From: Podarcis vaucheri
Lineage: Eukaryota
NCBI GenBank assembly: GCA_965113315.1
Contig: OZ220363.1
Reading direction: 5' to 3' (one strand)
DNA length: 64,000 nt
A program made the translations under genes and the position numbers. How positions within the stretch are numbered: position 1 is the first letter of the stretch; every line of letters begins with the position of its first letter. Under the pieces are notes generated by a model. It was not told the DNA's origin, did no database searches, and worked only from the letters and a program-made list of their open reading frames with translations. Positions 1 through 12,624 of the stretch are shown piece by piece.

Positions 1-1383
1 ATGTACTTGGAAACAAGTCCTTTTAATTTCAATATGATTTAAAAACAAATAAGTATGTATAGGCCTGGTTTGGTTTTGGTTGTTTTTATATATTAAAAAA
101 AAACTGAAAGTATTTGTAAACAGTATAAATCAATATATAGAAATTCTATCTCTAGAAATACTTAAGTATATATAAATATAATCAAAAGCACAGACTTTTG
201 TTTTAAGTGGTCTGGTTGGTTAAAAATGTTCATTGTAATATTTGTTAAATCAGGCAAAAATGAATAACTTAAGGACCAAATGTCAAAGTAACAACTTTTA
301 AGTACCTCATGTTGGGAATCCAACCTGTTACTAACACAGTTGTCAAAACATATTTCAACTATTAATTTTAATTTGTACTTTTGATGTTAGCACAGTTTCT
401 AATTATGGCTTGGATCCTGAATTTGCTTTTGCTGCTGGAAGAATCTCACGAACGGTGTTTTTCTAATGGTATGCTCCCACCGGTGAATGAGGGGATGATT
501 TTGGTTGATTTTCCTATCCCTATGCAGCCCCATCCATAAAAATTGGGTCCAGATGGTTGGAGGACCCCCTAGAACAACAGCAGGGCTTCAGGGAGAAGAA
601 ACTGGTAAAAGATTGCCTCATTCCCTCTGCAATTCCTTGTTGGATCTAACATCTTCCATGAACAGAAGGAGTCCTTCGGTCTGCAGAAGGCATACTTAAC
701 CCTATATGTTTAAATATTTGCTTTTCTGAATTCTTCCATAGACAAAAAGGGGAAAAAATAGTAATGAAAACAGAATGATTTGATTACAAATTCAATCCAG
801 ATTCAAATGATTTAAGGAGCTAATGTTCACTATAAACATTTTATGTGTCTCTGTGTGTATTTGACTGTTCACTGTTTTAAAGAAGTCTACCAATTATTGT
901 TCTTTCCAATAGAGACATTTGTTTACATGTAAACACAGTCCAGTAACTTTGGTGCACTGCTAATGGGAGATAAGCCAAAGGCACAATTCAAGAGGTGCTC
1001 CCCACTGCTGATGTAACCTTTCCCACCAACACAAAGCAGCTGAGCAGTAGTAACGCTAGACTAATTTTTGATTTCAGTATCTCACACCCCATAATCTGTT
1101 GCCATGTGGCCATAAAAATTGCCTGGCTTTTCTTTGCCTCTGTAACACAGCAGACTGATATGCAGAAATTAGTAGGTGAAGCTTTTCATGACACAAAAAG
1201 TACACATTACTAAACTGCTGCAAATCAAATAGCTGTTAAGGCCAACTACAGAACAGTTCAAAAGTTGACAGCTCTTGCCATGACATTTACCCTGATAATA
1301 TCTTGTTCCTTGTTGGGAGCTTTTGCAACTGTTCTAGAATAAACATCTCCCAGTGAAACATGGGTTAGTTCCAGTGCCATGAC

Positions 1384-1487
1384 CAGTGCTATTTTCCTAG
1401 GAAAAGAGGTGGCAGAACTCACCATGAATACTTCCTTTGTTATATTATAATGGCACCTGCCTGAGAGGGGCTGGAACAAAAGCCCTG
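1384..1487. mobile_element. hAT-type MITE
   Basis: Termini CAGTGCT...AGCCCTG; perfect 8-bp TSD GCCATGAC (1376-1383, 1488-1495). Confidence 0.8.
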
Positions 1488-4171
1488 GCCATGACTTTTG
1501 GCCTTGCGGTAAGATATGCCTGGGGTTTGCTTAAGTATCAGATGCCTGTGCAGTATGGGGGAGCAAGGGAGGTAAAAAAGGGTCATTACAGCAAAATAAA
1601 GTGTATTTGTAGATTACACTACATGTCCCCAATATATCTAAGCACATGAGACATCTTTCCTTGTCAAGCAAGCAGATAATTGAACACAATCCATTGAGCC
1701 TCTATGTGCAAGTCTATGGATGTGTACAGCATATGCACAGAAAGGCCTTTCCCTTTGGGCAGAATCCAGCCATGTTAAGCACTTTGAACCCCATTGATTT
1801 AAATGGAAGTTTTAAACACAGCTTTAAAGCATTTGTAAGTTGGCCTGAATCATTCCTTCCTTTTCCGAATAGCAGCTCCAAGATGTTGCTGTCTTTCAGA
1901 AAACCCAGTGTGCAGTGAATCATGCAATGTTGGTTTGCAAATTAAAATGCTATCTCAAAAAATGATCTTTCTGTGGTCTCCTCTCCATCTCTGCAGTTAG
2001 CACAACAAATGCCACAAACAAGCCATGAGCTTCTAGTTACCTAGCATAACATATTCAACTTACGCTGATGTCAGTTACGAAGTTTATACTACTTATTATA
2101 GTATAGCAACCTAGAAATACTTAATTGTTTCTTTTAGATGGAAAGACTTATGCAACCATGCAAATAATATCAAATATTTTGGAGACATTACAATCATTAA
2201 TATTTTAGTAGGCTACAAAGGTTAATATTTGTTGTGGAAGGGTGTATATGCCACTTAATCAATAAACTTAATCAGTAAACTTAAACATATTTAAAAGTGT
2301 TACATATTTTGGATCATCTTTGCTTGTTGTAATGCCTTTCTGTTGTTGGTCTCCATCTGTCTCAAGAGACCACCGAGTGTGCCTGTGGAAACTAAGTCAA
2401 AGTACTGTGTTAACAGCACCAACTGACCTCATAGGGGCACAAATACTGGGGCACATTCCTGTTATATTTTTAGTTTCTTTACAACAACTTTACACACCCT
2501 GAGTGACCTTAATGGGACTCTGTGCAAATGAAAACCTGACTTTTGGCTTCAACTACTTTTCACTTCACTGATTTTAAATGCCCTTTAAACCATGCATTCA
2601 ATTAAGACCCACTATCTAAAAATGAAGTTAATGCTATCAGTATTTAGGATCTTGCTGACAATGAAGATGCGGGCATCTCTGCTAGAAGGTCACATTAGAG
2701 GGTCAGTACTTGTTAAAGGATAAAACAGGTGTTTTGTGAACACTGAAATTATGCCTGTGCCTTCCTCCATCTTGAACGGCCATCATGATACCGATGCATT
2801 ACAGCTTTAGGCCTGTGTTAATTACTTCTATCTTAATAAAACTTATTTTTTTAAAAATAGTTGAAATGAGATAGAAAACATTTCAAAATATTTTCACCTG
2901 TTTCCCCCCTTTGTCTTCCTGGCTCAGTGACAACCCCTCCCCCCCCAGACAAATTAACCATTTGTCGCCTAGTAAAATTTGAAAAGTGTATTAATATCAT
3001 TCAGATATGATTTTTTTTTTCAAACTGTCAGTCATCAAATTCTAGCATGTTACTTCATTATTCTCCCTTACCCCCATTATTATTTCATCTAGTGCAATCA
3101 AGTTGTAGACACAGGCACCATTCTCCAGAATAAAACTGTTCAAAAGAAGCATAAAGCCTGTTTGAAGGAAGCAGGCATTAAATCTTACTAATTCAGCTGG
3201 GAGATATAATTTTTAAGGCACAACACACAAACACGCAAATATTTTTATTTCTGAAGGTAACATAAACAGAAGTGGGCAATAATCATCTATCAAAGCAATT
3301 AAAAATAAATATAATAAACCTTCTAGAGTGTTAGCCATGTTAGTTTGTTGCAGAAAACAACAGCAAAGCATTGTGTGGCATATTTAAAGACTAACAGATT
3401 TATTGCACTATTTTAGGATGTGAGCTGAGGATCGTGAAAGCTCATACCGTGATAAATACGTTAGTCTTTAAGGAGATACAAAGTTCTTAGTTATTTTTTA
3501 AAAAACTATCTACACTGGAAATTCAGGAACTTATTTAATAAACTGTAATATTGATGTCTTAGAAGATCCTTTTATTTATGTGTATAATATTCCACACAGT
3601 TTTCATTGTTATATAAAAAAGTGACATCTCAAGTGGAGGCAGCATATTGAGTCATTGTATCTATACTTACCACGAGTAAACAAAGACAAGCAAAACCTTT
3701 TGTATTCCTGAAATTTTAAGTGTATTGTGTGTGTATATATGCACAATTATAGTTCTCTGTTACCAGACCTAATAGGGAAATCAACACAAAATCCTCACAT
3801 TTGTGTTCATCTATATTCTTGTAACATTAGAATAAAATGTAATCACAATGGGTTTTATCCAACTGATGCTCTTACATGAGTGCAGGAACTTTTGATCCAG
3901 CAGGAAGCATCCATTAATGGAGAACAAGAGCAAATTATTTTTTAAAAAAATTAATTCTCCCTCTACCCTGCAGCCTCCAGCATTTTCTTCAAATGTCCTG
4001 GGCAATCTCCCATCAACCCAGAACTGGTTTATTTTATAGGATTCATAAAGTACTACAGCATTCATAATCTAAAAACCAATATTAACAATATTTAAAGCCA
4101 AAAAATAAACTAAGCACTGCTGAATTCAGACACACACTTTCCAGCCATATGACACATAATATTTCACTCTA

Positions 4172-4758
4172 TGTCAGTAGCAAGCATTACCTCTTTATTA
4201 GCAACAATGTGGTCTGTACCAATTTGGCCAAGAGTCAAGCCTAATGAGCACAGCAGCTCATCCCCAGTAGGTCTTGCCCCATGGCTCAGTGGCCGAGACT
4301 GTAAGTTCCTACCTCCCCACAGCTGTACAACTTCCCTCCTTTCCAGGGCTTTTCCAAGCAATCAGATACTGTGCCTGTGTGAAATCAACCTCTCCTCTCC
4401 CCCCCCCATTTCATGTCTCTTCTGGCTCTGGGAGGCCAGCGGGGACGGGAGCTTGTCATAGCAGGAGGGGGAGACACCTGTGATTCTTCACCAACCTGAC
4501 TCATCCCTGCCTCTTGGCATCCCTCCTCCCCTGCTTAGGCTTCTGCCTCTGATTCTGAACTTCTCTCTTCCATAGATTCCCCCAGCTTACTAAAGTCCTT
4601 TTACCTCATTAGATTCTGACATCTCCTCTTCCCAGTCTTCTCCCTCTGACCACTCATTGTTGTCCCACCACCACTCCCCAGGGTTTCAGACCTCTTCCCT
4701 TGGTGGTTCTCCAGCTGCCTCTTCCCACCATTCCTCTGCATCCAACTAATCCATGACA
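4172..4758 (-). mobile_element. Old gypsy-type solo LTR with decayed U3 ORF
   Basis: Minus strand begins TGTCATGG and has AATAAA shortly before a TGACA end; degenerate acidic/Trp-rich frame from LTR base 2; TSD not cleanly resolved. Confidence 0.6.
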
Positions 4759-5907
4759 CTATTCAGTTCATTAAAGACACATAGACATAATGCCCACGGC
4801 AGCAACTTAGTCCTGAAAGTTCCTCAGGCTGGAGGTGGGACAGCACAGGTGAAACCAACCACCCCATGATAACAGATTAAGTCTCTTCTTCTGGAAACAC
4901 CTCCGTTATGAAGGCTGCTAGGGTTGGAGGCTAAAGCAAAGCAGGTGGAAATGTTTGTTGTTCACTGGAGATTCCTTGTCTAGAATTTCAAGTGCTTCCA
5001 ATACTAGCGTGAGACTAGTTTCAACCTGAGTGCATTCACCAAGTTTATGATGGACTTGGAGGATCATTTTCAGTTCAGTTCTAGTTCTAAGCTGAATTTA
5101 TCACTCAGTATGGGAAATGGGGTGCTCCTTGCATCCTGATATCAGTTTATGTAAGTCATGCCTTCTTGATCACGACAGTCAGGAATGGCCTAAGACATTT
5201 TGTTGCCCGAGGTGAATGATTTATTTATTTATAAAAACATTTATATGCCACTCTTTCATAAAAATTGAAAACAAAAGCAGAAAACAATTTCTTTTGTTGC
5301 TACGTAATTTCTAAAGAACTTATCTATAGAATATGGTTATAAAATGTCCATTTTTTACTTTCTATCATACAAGAAACTTCATTTTGGGTGGGTGCATATT
5401 AAGTATTGAAAATATGTAACCTTTAGAAATTTCCTATATATTCTATATTTATTTACTTACTTACTTACCTACTTACTATATTTTACCAAGTAGGCCCAAA
5501 GTAAGGTGGGACTCAATGTCATAGAAATGTGGCTCACTTTAATTCTAAACTTTGTTTCAAACATACTGTGGTAAAATCTATTACATTTTAATTTCACATT
5601 GGTTTTTTTTCAATGATATTGGCCTGAATATTGTATGATCTTTACAATTGCTTTCTCCTATTTTTCATTTCCTGAACTATATTTATAATTATTAGGTAGG
5701 GGGTTATCTTATTTGATCATCATTTAGAATATTGTTTTATTTAATATTTTAATAAAATACTGAAGACTTGTATATATGACTGCTATTTAGCAATTTCTGA
5801 AAACATTCCATTCCAAAAATACAGTGGTTATTTTGTTTTTCATTAAAAAAAGGATGATAGGGGAAGAAGGGTACAATCAAACATTAAAGTGTTGAACAAA
5901 AGTTTAC

Positions 5908-6032
5908 CTTTCTCACGTCCTCTATTGAAGACTTTCACTTCCTTCAAGTTTATTCCAAGACCTGTCCTCATGGATACAGCCTCTGTGGCATCATTTTTGT
6001 GGCCTCGTCTGATGGACCCATTTGCATGAGCT
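5908..6032 (-). CDS. LRP1B: LRP1B coding exon (~exon 40), not in ORF track
   Basis: 125 nt, CAG/GTAAA; [41 protein letters not shown]. Confidence 0.95.
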
Positions 6033-6281
6033 CTGCCAAAAAAATAATAAGAAAAGGAAATATCTGATCCACAAATCTCAACTAATTAAAATAAATTAAG
6101 TCATTAAAATGCAGGAGACATCTGGCCTAGCAGAAGGTGAAAAAGCATACTTTTGACTGTGATGTTGATATGGTTTAGCTTTGAATATCGAAAAGTGCCT
6201 TTTCTCTGGAAATTACATAGCTTTGTGAGATCCTTTCAGTGACCTTGCTAAAGAATGGCTAATCCTACAAGGGTGAAGCAT

Positions 6282-6413
6282 NNNNNNNNNNNNNNNNNNN
6301 NNNNNNNNNNNNNNNNNNNNNNNNNNNNNNNNNNNNNNNNNNNNNNNNNNNNNNNNNNNNNNNNNNNNNNNNNNNNNNNNNNNNNNNNNNNNNNNNNNNN
6401 NNNNNNNNNNNNN
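6282..6413. other. Assembly gap (132 N)
   Basis: Run of N. Confidence 1.
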
Positions 6414-6486
6414 GATTCCTTCCACTCTCAAGGTCGATTCTTTCTATCTTGTCCATTCGAGCATCACACCAGTATAATTTATTTTC
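6414..6486 (-). CDS. LRP1B: LRP1B coding exon (~exon 39), partial; 3' part lost in N gap
   Basis: TAG acceptor, then ENKLYWCDARMDKIERIDLESGRN running into Ns at 6413; donor not visible. Confidence 0.9.
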
Positions 6487-6631
6487 CTATGGATCAATTG
6501 AAAGGTAAGCTCCAAATACTTTTATCCTAGCTTTTATTAGGTAAATAAAATAATGAATGTTATGTGGTGTAAATGTTTTAGCATCTCATAGCATTAAATG
6601 GACTTTATTTGGAAGAAGGCACAAAACCAAC

Positions 6632-6758
6632 CTCATGGTCTACAGAAATTCCATTAGGCCATGTAATTCCAGTGCCAACAAGAACCATCTTCTCTGATCC
6701 ATCTAAACGTGCCTTGCCTATGCAGGGTGCCTGTCCCCATTCTGTCCAGAATAAATAT
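6632..6758 (-). CDS. LRP1B: LRP1B coding exon (~exon 38), not in ORF track
   Basis: 127 nt, TAG/GTTGG; [42 protein letters not shown]. Confidence 0.95.
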
Positions 6759-7495
6759 CTATAACATGGGAAAAAATAGGATAAAATCTATGTTTATTGA
6801 AATTGATCACGGGGCAAGTTCTTGAGTACTATGAGCATTAGAAGGTTTGGGAAAGTTCTCATCATTGCCTGTTCACTGCATCTCTCACTTATGTTTCTGA
6901 TAGTCAGAGGGTATAATGGATGAATGGTGTGGGATAGGGAATAAGGGGCTACTATAGGAGGTAAAAATTGGCAAAAATCAGACAGAAGCACCTTGTGCAA
7001 GAATGATAAACTTAGTATATTAAGAGGTAGGTGTACAATATATATATTCTTAATTAAAGGTTTTGTTTGCTAAATTTGCTAACTTGCAATATGTTACTTT
7101 GTTCACATACGCTTCTGTATACACAGATGTGCTCCATGAGATATGAAAATTATTAAGAATTTTTGCTAGTACCCACTCCTTAATGGCATCACATCATAGG
7201 TCTGCATACTGGATTCCCAGCACTGGCCCAAAGGGACTATGAACTATGGCCCAAATCCAAATTATTAAACAGTTAGTTCTGCATACTTATGTAAGCTTTT
7301 GGCTTGAACAGCTGCCCTTTGTTCCACATGGGAAACATCTCCATTACTGATAGGAGACTACGGCTGAGAGAATTACATTTTGATAAGATTGCCAAAGAAA
7401 TTGAGGGCTAAATTGAGAGTTAAACTGGGAACACAAATACTTAACCACTATTTCAATAATTTGGTTCAAATGCATGCATATAAATTTTCAAGTTA

Positions 7496-7648
<153 letters not shown>

Positions 7649-8329
7649 TCAGTTATGGTGATATAAGCCTTTAAGAATGCTTATACTAACATGGCTATTA
7701 ATGTAAGTTTTATGCCTGACTTATTACTTATTAATAAACAAAATCAACAGTTATATCGTATTTGTAATGGTCAAATGATATTATAGTATACTTGTTACAA
7801 ATTCATACCTAACAATTCTAAGAGGATGTTTAAAATAAATCTTCAGGGAAAGGCCACAAGTAACAACAATCTGCCCCCCCCCAGTAAACAGAGTACATCA
7901 GAGCTTCTTACTGAGTTAATAAAACAAATACATCCAGAATAATATTTAAAAAAATGTGGCTAGTTCTAGACTCCCCATGCGTGGAGTAGAGATGTCCTCT
8001 GCAGAAAGGGAGTCAAGGTGATTTTCACAGATTTGTCGCTCCTCCAGCAGCCCACACTGTCCCATGAGAAGCTGCTATGGAGGATTGAGCACTTTCTAGA
8101 ACAGCATGGAAGGTAATGTTGGAGGATGAAGGGGGAAGGAATATTATGGGTCTCTTACCCCACTTTCATTGGACCTGATGCCTTTTCCATGAGTGGAAGG
8201 AGTCATAGATTCATGGAAATGTAGAGTTGGAAGGGACCCTGAGTCCTTCCAGTCCTATGCTTGCATCCATCCCACTGAATATTGAAAAGGAAACTGAAAG
8301 ATGCAAGCATAGCTAACCTACTATTTTCC

Positions 8330-8960
8330 CCTTGGTTACAAAGTAAACATGATTTGAAATCATGACTAGTATAATTGTTTTTAAAAGCATTTGATAGCAT
8401 TGAATGGAGTTATTTATATCAGATGTTAAATTTAGCTTTGGAGATAAATTTATCAAATGGATTAAATGGATCTATCCAACCTCCCTGGCATTTGTTACAG
8501 TATCAAGGGATGAGTTCTGATACTCTCCATCTTTATAGAGGATGTATCAGAGCTTCCCTATCTCTGTTAGTATTTACTTTATCCAGTGCTTTTTTCTGGG
8601 GGGACGCAGGGGTAAATATTTTGTGAATCTTAAGTTTGGCCTCATTGAGGGGCAGTGTTTCAATATGAGTAGGAAAATGAGAGTACCCCCTAAACATTTT
8701 TTAAGGGGGGGGGAGCACTGGCTTTATCAATCAAGAATTTCAAAGAGTTTATCTATGTTCAGAACTAAAAGGGGTTAACATTTTTAAAAAGTGCAGGGTA
8801 AGACTATATGCAGATGATATCGAATTAACTTTGCTTGACCCAGCAGAGGGGTTTGAGAATGGGATAAAAATACACTCAGAATTTGCATTATTATCAGGTC
8901 ATAAGGTCAATATGAACAAATCAGAATGGTTAGGATTTAACGTTGGGAGAAAAGAAAAAG
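8330..8960 (+). mobile_element. Degenerate L1/Tx1 LINE ORF2 reverse-transcriptase fragment
   Basis: KAFDSIEWSYLYQML and YADDI motifs with frameshifts; interrupted by a hAT MITE; ends approximate. Confidence 0.7.
8584..8720. mobile_element. hAT-type MITE nested in the L1 fragment
   Basis: CAGTGCT...AGCACTG TIRs; 8-bp TSD ACTTTATC/GCTTTATC. Confidence 0.8.
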
Positions 8961-9267
8961 ACATGATAGCCACAGACTATTAAATTCGAGGGGGGGGGAC
9001 ACCAATTCAGTACTTGAAAACATGGATAAATGCAAAATCATCATCTGCTGTGGCAGAACAATCCAAACCATCAATGTGTGCGGATTGGATGGAAGTGCAC
9101 CTCTACTGAGCTCTGCCACCTAAGCCAGCCTTCAGTCAACCAACGACAATGGAGTGATCAGTGTAGCACTTTCCTAGGTGGGCAGTAGGATACCTACCAA
9201 CAGCAATGTGGCAGGGAATGGGAGGTTCTAAGCTGGTCCAGGAGCTGTTGGTTCTTGAAATGGTTTC

Positions 9268-9555
9268 TGTGGAGTTTGGAGTTTACAGGGTTAAAACTCC
9301 TTGGTGTCCTGTATCTGGGGAGGGGCCTGATGCAGGGCCGTATGTCACAGGCTTTGTCTGTGAAAGTTGGTTTCACTTTAGACTGAGAGACGCTGCAAAA
9401 GAAGCTGGGTGTGCTCTAAGCACTGGAGAGATGCCGGAAAGTTCTGATGAATTTATTGCTGTGTAAATAAACACTTTTAGAGATAGCAACGAACTGTCTC
9501 TGGACTTGATTTATCCCTCTATCTCACACAGACAGCAGGACTGCTGCGACTCTGT
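9268..9555 (+). repeat. Copia 5' LTR, 3'-truncated
   Basis: Starts TGT; matches 12270-12550 with 8 substitutions and one 7-bp duplication. Confidence 0.92.
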
Positions 9556-12210
9556 CAAGCTTGTAAAAAATTGAAGGTCACGACATGCACATATCCCAGG
9601 TCAGAAAGGAGGACCAGCAAACCCTTTGAGCTGGTTCATGCAGATTTATGTGGTCCGATGCAGGTAGCTTCTTTAAGTGGATCGAAGCATGTTTTGGTTC
9701 TGATTGATGATTTTTCGAGACACACCTGGCTGTTTGCACTTAAACACAAGTGGGAGGCGGCTGCACTGATCAGTGGAGGCGGTGGAGCTGCGTTTCTCTG
9801 CCAGGGTGGTTTCCTTTCAATCTGATTGAGGGGCGGAGTTCACAGGTTCTGCGCTGCAATCTTTCTTCAGGCAGAAAGGTATCAGTCATCGATTGACTGC
9901 CCCCTACAGTTCGCAACAGAAAACACCGCACCCTACAGGAAGCAGCGAATGCTATGCTGGCAGCCTCGGGTCTGCCACAGCGCTTTTGGACCGAGAGTTA
10001 TAAGACGGCATGCTTTGTTCAGAACAGGGTGTTCAATTCAAGTGTGGGAGACACGCCCTACTTTCTGCTGCATGGGAAAAACCCTAAAGTGGATTTCTTG
10101 CGTGTGTTTGGCTGCGAGGCATGGGTCCTCATTCCAAAGGCCACTCGCAGAAAGGGTGAACCAAGATCTAGGAAAATGATATTTGTTGGCTATGAGCCGG
10201 GCTCAAAGGCGTGGCGTTTCGCATACCCTACTGGCAACCAGTCTAAGCTGCTTATTAGCGTCAGTGCTGAGTTTTGTGAGCAGAGTGGGTGGAAACGTCT
10301 TCACGGGAACCTGGATGTTCTGTTTGACTCAGATGAGGAAGAGGAGGAGGATGAAGCTGAACCTGTTGCTGAGGTGCACAGTCCACAGCCACAGAGTCCA
10401 GAACCAGAATCTCCAAGGCAGAGGCTCCGAACCTCTCCAAAGGGGAGTCCCAAGACCCCTCCACAGGTCTCTGTCAAGTCTGAGCCAAGGAGTGAGCCAT
10501 CCTCGCCTGCAGACCCAGCTGTAAAGCTTAAAAGGTGCAGCAGGTCAGAGGGGGAGATTTCTGACACAGAGGATGGTGTGGCTGGCCCAAGTGAATCAGG
10601 CGCAGTTCCAGAGTTCACGCTGAGGAGATCAGCAAGGTCAACCAAGGGAAAGCCACCAGAAAGGTACGAAGCCACTAGCGTGTGGGTAAGTGTGGCTAGA
10701 TGTGAACCTGAATCCTTTGAGGATGTTCAGAAGTTGCCTCAGGAAGAAGCTAGCAAATGGCGTGAGGCGATGCAGAAAGAGATGAACTCAATGGAGTCTC
10801 TTAGTGTGTTTTTACTCACACAGCTGCCGGCTGGCAAGCAGGCTGTGAGTTGCAGGTGGGTTTACCATCTTAAACCCACAGAAGCTGGAGAACCACAGTA
10901 TAAAGTTAGGTTAGTAGCTCGTGGATTCACACAGAAGAAGGGAGTCCACTTCACGGAGGTCTCTTCGCCAACCTCGAGGGCCGAGACTTTGAGGACACTT
11001 TTAGCAGTTGCTGCAGAGAGGTTGGAAGGTGAACCATTTTGATGTGGATGTTGCCTACCTGAACTCAGACCTCCAGGAGGAGCTGTACATGCTTCCTCCT
11101 CCAAGGTTTGAAGTCAGTGTGCCAGGCATCGTGTGGCGGTTGCACAAATCCATCTATGGATTACGCCAATCTGCCAGAAATTGGAACATGTGTCTGAATG
11201 AAGCCTTAGAAGAGCTAGGTTTCAGGAGAAGTGTTGCGGACAGCTGTCTTTACCTTAGAGGTTCAGGTAAGATGCAGCAAGCTGCTCAGATTTTTGTTGA
11301 TGATATCTTGATCATGACACAGACAGGTAAACAAGTGGAGAAGTTTGCTAAGGAGCTTGGAAAATGGTTCAAGCTCAAGCACCTTGGAGACGTCAAGTCG
11401 TATCTAGGTGTAGAGATAACGAGAGCAAGAGATGGAAGCTTTTTGCTCAGCCAGAAAGGTAAGATTGAACAGTTGCTTGAGAAGTTCAGAATGTCTGAGT
11501 GTGCAGGTGCCAAAACACCCATGGGGGCTGGTTACGTGAAAGAATGTCAGCAAGTAGAACGCGTTGTGTTCGAAAATACTGAACTCTTTCAATCAGCTCT
11601 GGGCAGTCTGCTGTATCTGTCACAGTGAAGCAGACCAGACATAGCGTTTGCTGTCAATCTGCTCAGTAGAGAGGCTTCAAGTCCTAGTGTGCAGGCCTGG
11701 AATGGTATTAAATGGGTGCTACGTTACCTGCAAGATACCAAAGATTTTTGCCTCAAGATGTCAGCTGAGGGTAGTATCAAGCTGACTGCATGGGTGGATT
11801 CAGATTAGGCTAACCTTGAGGACCGCAAATCAGTGTCAGGACTAGTGGTGAAGTTTGGGAACTCAGTAGTTGGGTGGAGGTCCCGGAAGCAAAGTCTCAT
11901 AGCGCTTTCATCTACTGAGGCTGAGTTCAGTGCGCTATCTGAGGTTTGCAGAGAGCTGGAGTTCTATGTGTGTTTGGTCCAGGAACTCTGTGGAGAGCAT
12001 TGTCTTCCCATCGTGGTGCATGAAGACAATCAACCGTGTCTCAAATTGGCCGAGACGGCGCAATTCAACACCAGGACCAAACATTTGGACATACGTTTTC
12101 AGAATGTGTGTCAGAGCGTTCGGAGGGCTCTAAAATACTGTCCCTCAACCAAGAACCTCGCTGATGGTTTCACAAAACCATTAACCTTCCAGAAGCATGA
12201 GGAGTTCTGT
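9553..12210 (+). pseudogene. Copia pol remnant (integrase, RT, RNase H)
   Basis: CQAC..PFELVHADLCGPM, FVGYEPGSKAWR, KVRLVARGFTQ, KSIYGLRQS, FVDD, SSTEAEF, RTKHLDIRF, ADGFTKPL; stops at 9827, 11626 and 11806, plus frameshifts. Confidence 0.93.
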
Positions 12211-12269
12211 GAAGGTGTGTTTGGGGTGAGCATTGTTGCTTATTTCCCCAGATGCAGGGCAAGAGGGGG

Positions 12270-12624
12270 TGTGGAGTTTGCAGGGTTAAAACTCCTTGGT
12301 GTCCTGTATCTGGGGAGGGGCCTGACGCAGGGCCGTATGTCACAGGCTTTGTCTGTGAAAGTTGGTTTCACTTTAGACTAAGAGACGCTGCAAAAGAAGC
12401 TGCGTGTGCTCTAAGCACCGGAGAGATGCTGGAAAGTTCTGATGGATTTATTGCTGTGTAAATAAACACTTTTAGAGATAGCAAAGAACTGTCTCTGGAC
12501 TTGATTTATCCCTCTATCTCACACAGACAGCAGGACTGCTGCGACTCTGTTTTCCTGCCCAGGACAGCCCCAAGCAGAACTATGCAGGGAAGCGCTGACT
12601 GGACGGCAGGATTTAATGGCCAAA
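12270..12624 (+). repeat. Copia 3' LTR (355 bp)
   Basis: TG directly after the PPT, contains AATAAA, ends ...GGCCAAA next to the TSD (terminal CA imperfect). Confidence 0.9.

Larger units (their letters stand above)
9268..12624 (+). mobile_element. Ty1/copia LTR retrotransposon, internally deleted and inactive
   Basis: Two matching LTRs, TSD GTTTC (9263-9267, 12625-12629), PPT GGGCAAGAGGGGG (12257-12269), domain order integrase-RT-RNase H. Confidence 0.95.

Noticed and set aside
1-5907. Expected next LRP1B exon (EGF GTNVC... and YWTD start)
   Set aside because: I could not find it by eye. The ENAGGC in ORF 3811-4065 lacks the cysteine pattern, so the exon presumably lies outside the window.
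11626-11808. APOBEC-type G-to-A hypermutation (probable TGG to TGA and TGG to TAG stops in copia pol)
   Set aside because: Two events are too few, and the LTR differences show no G-to-A bias.
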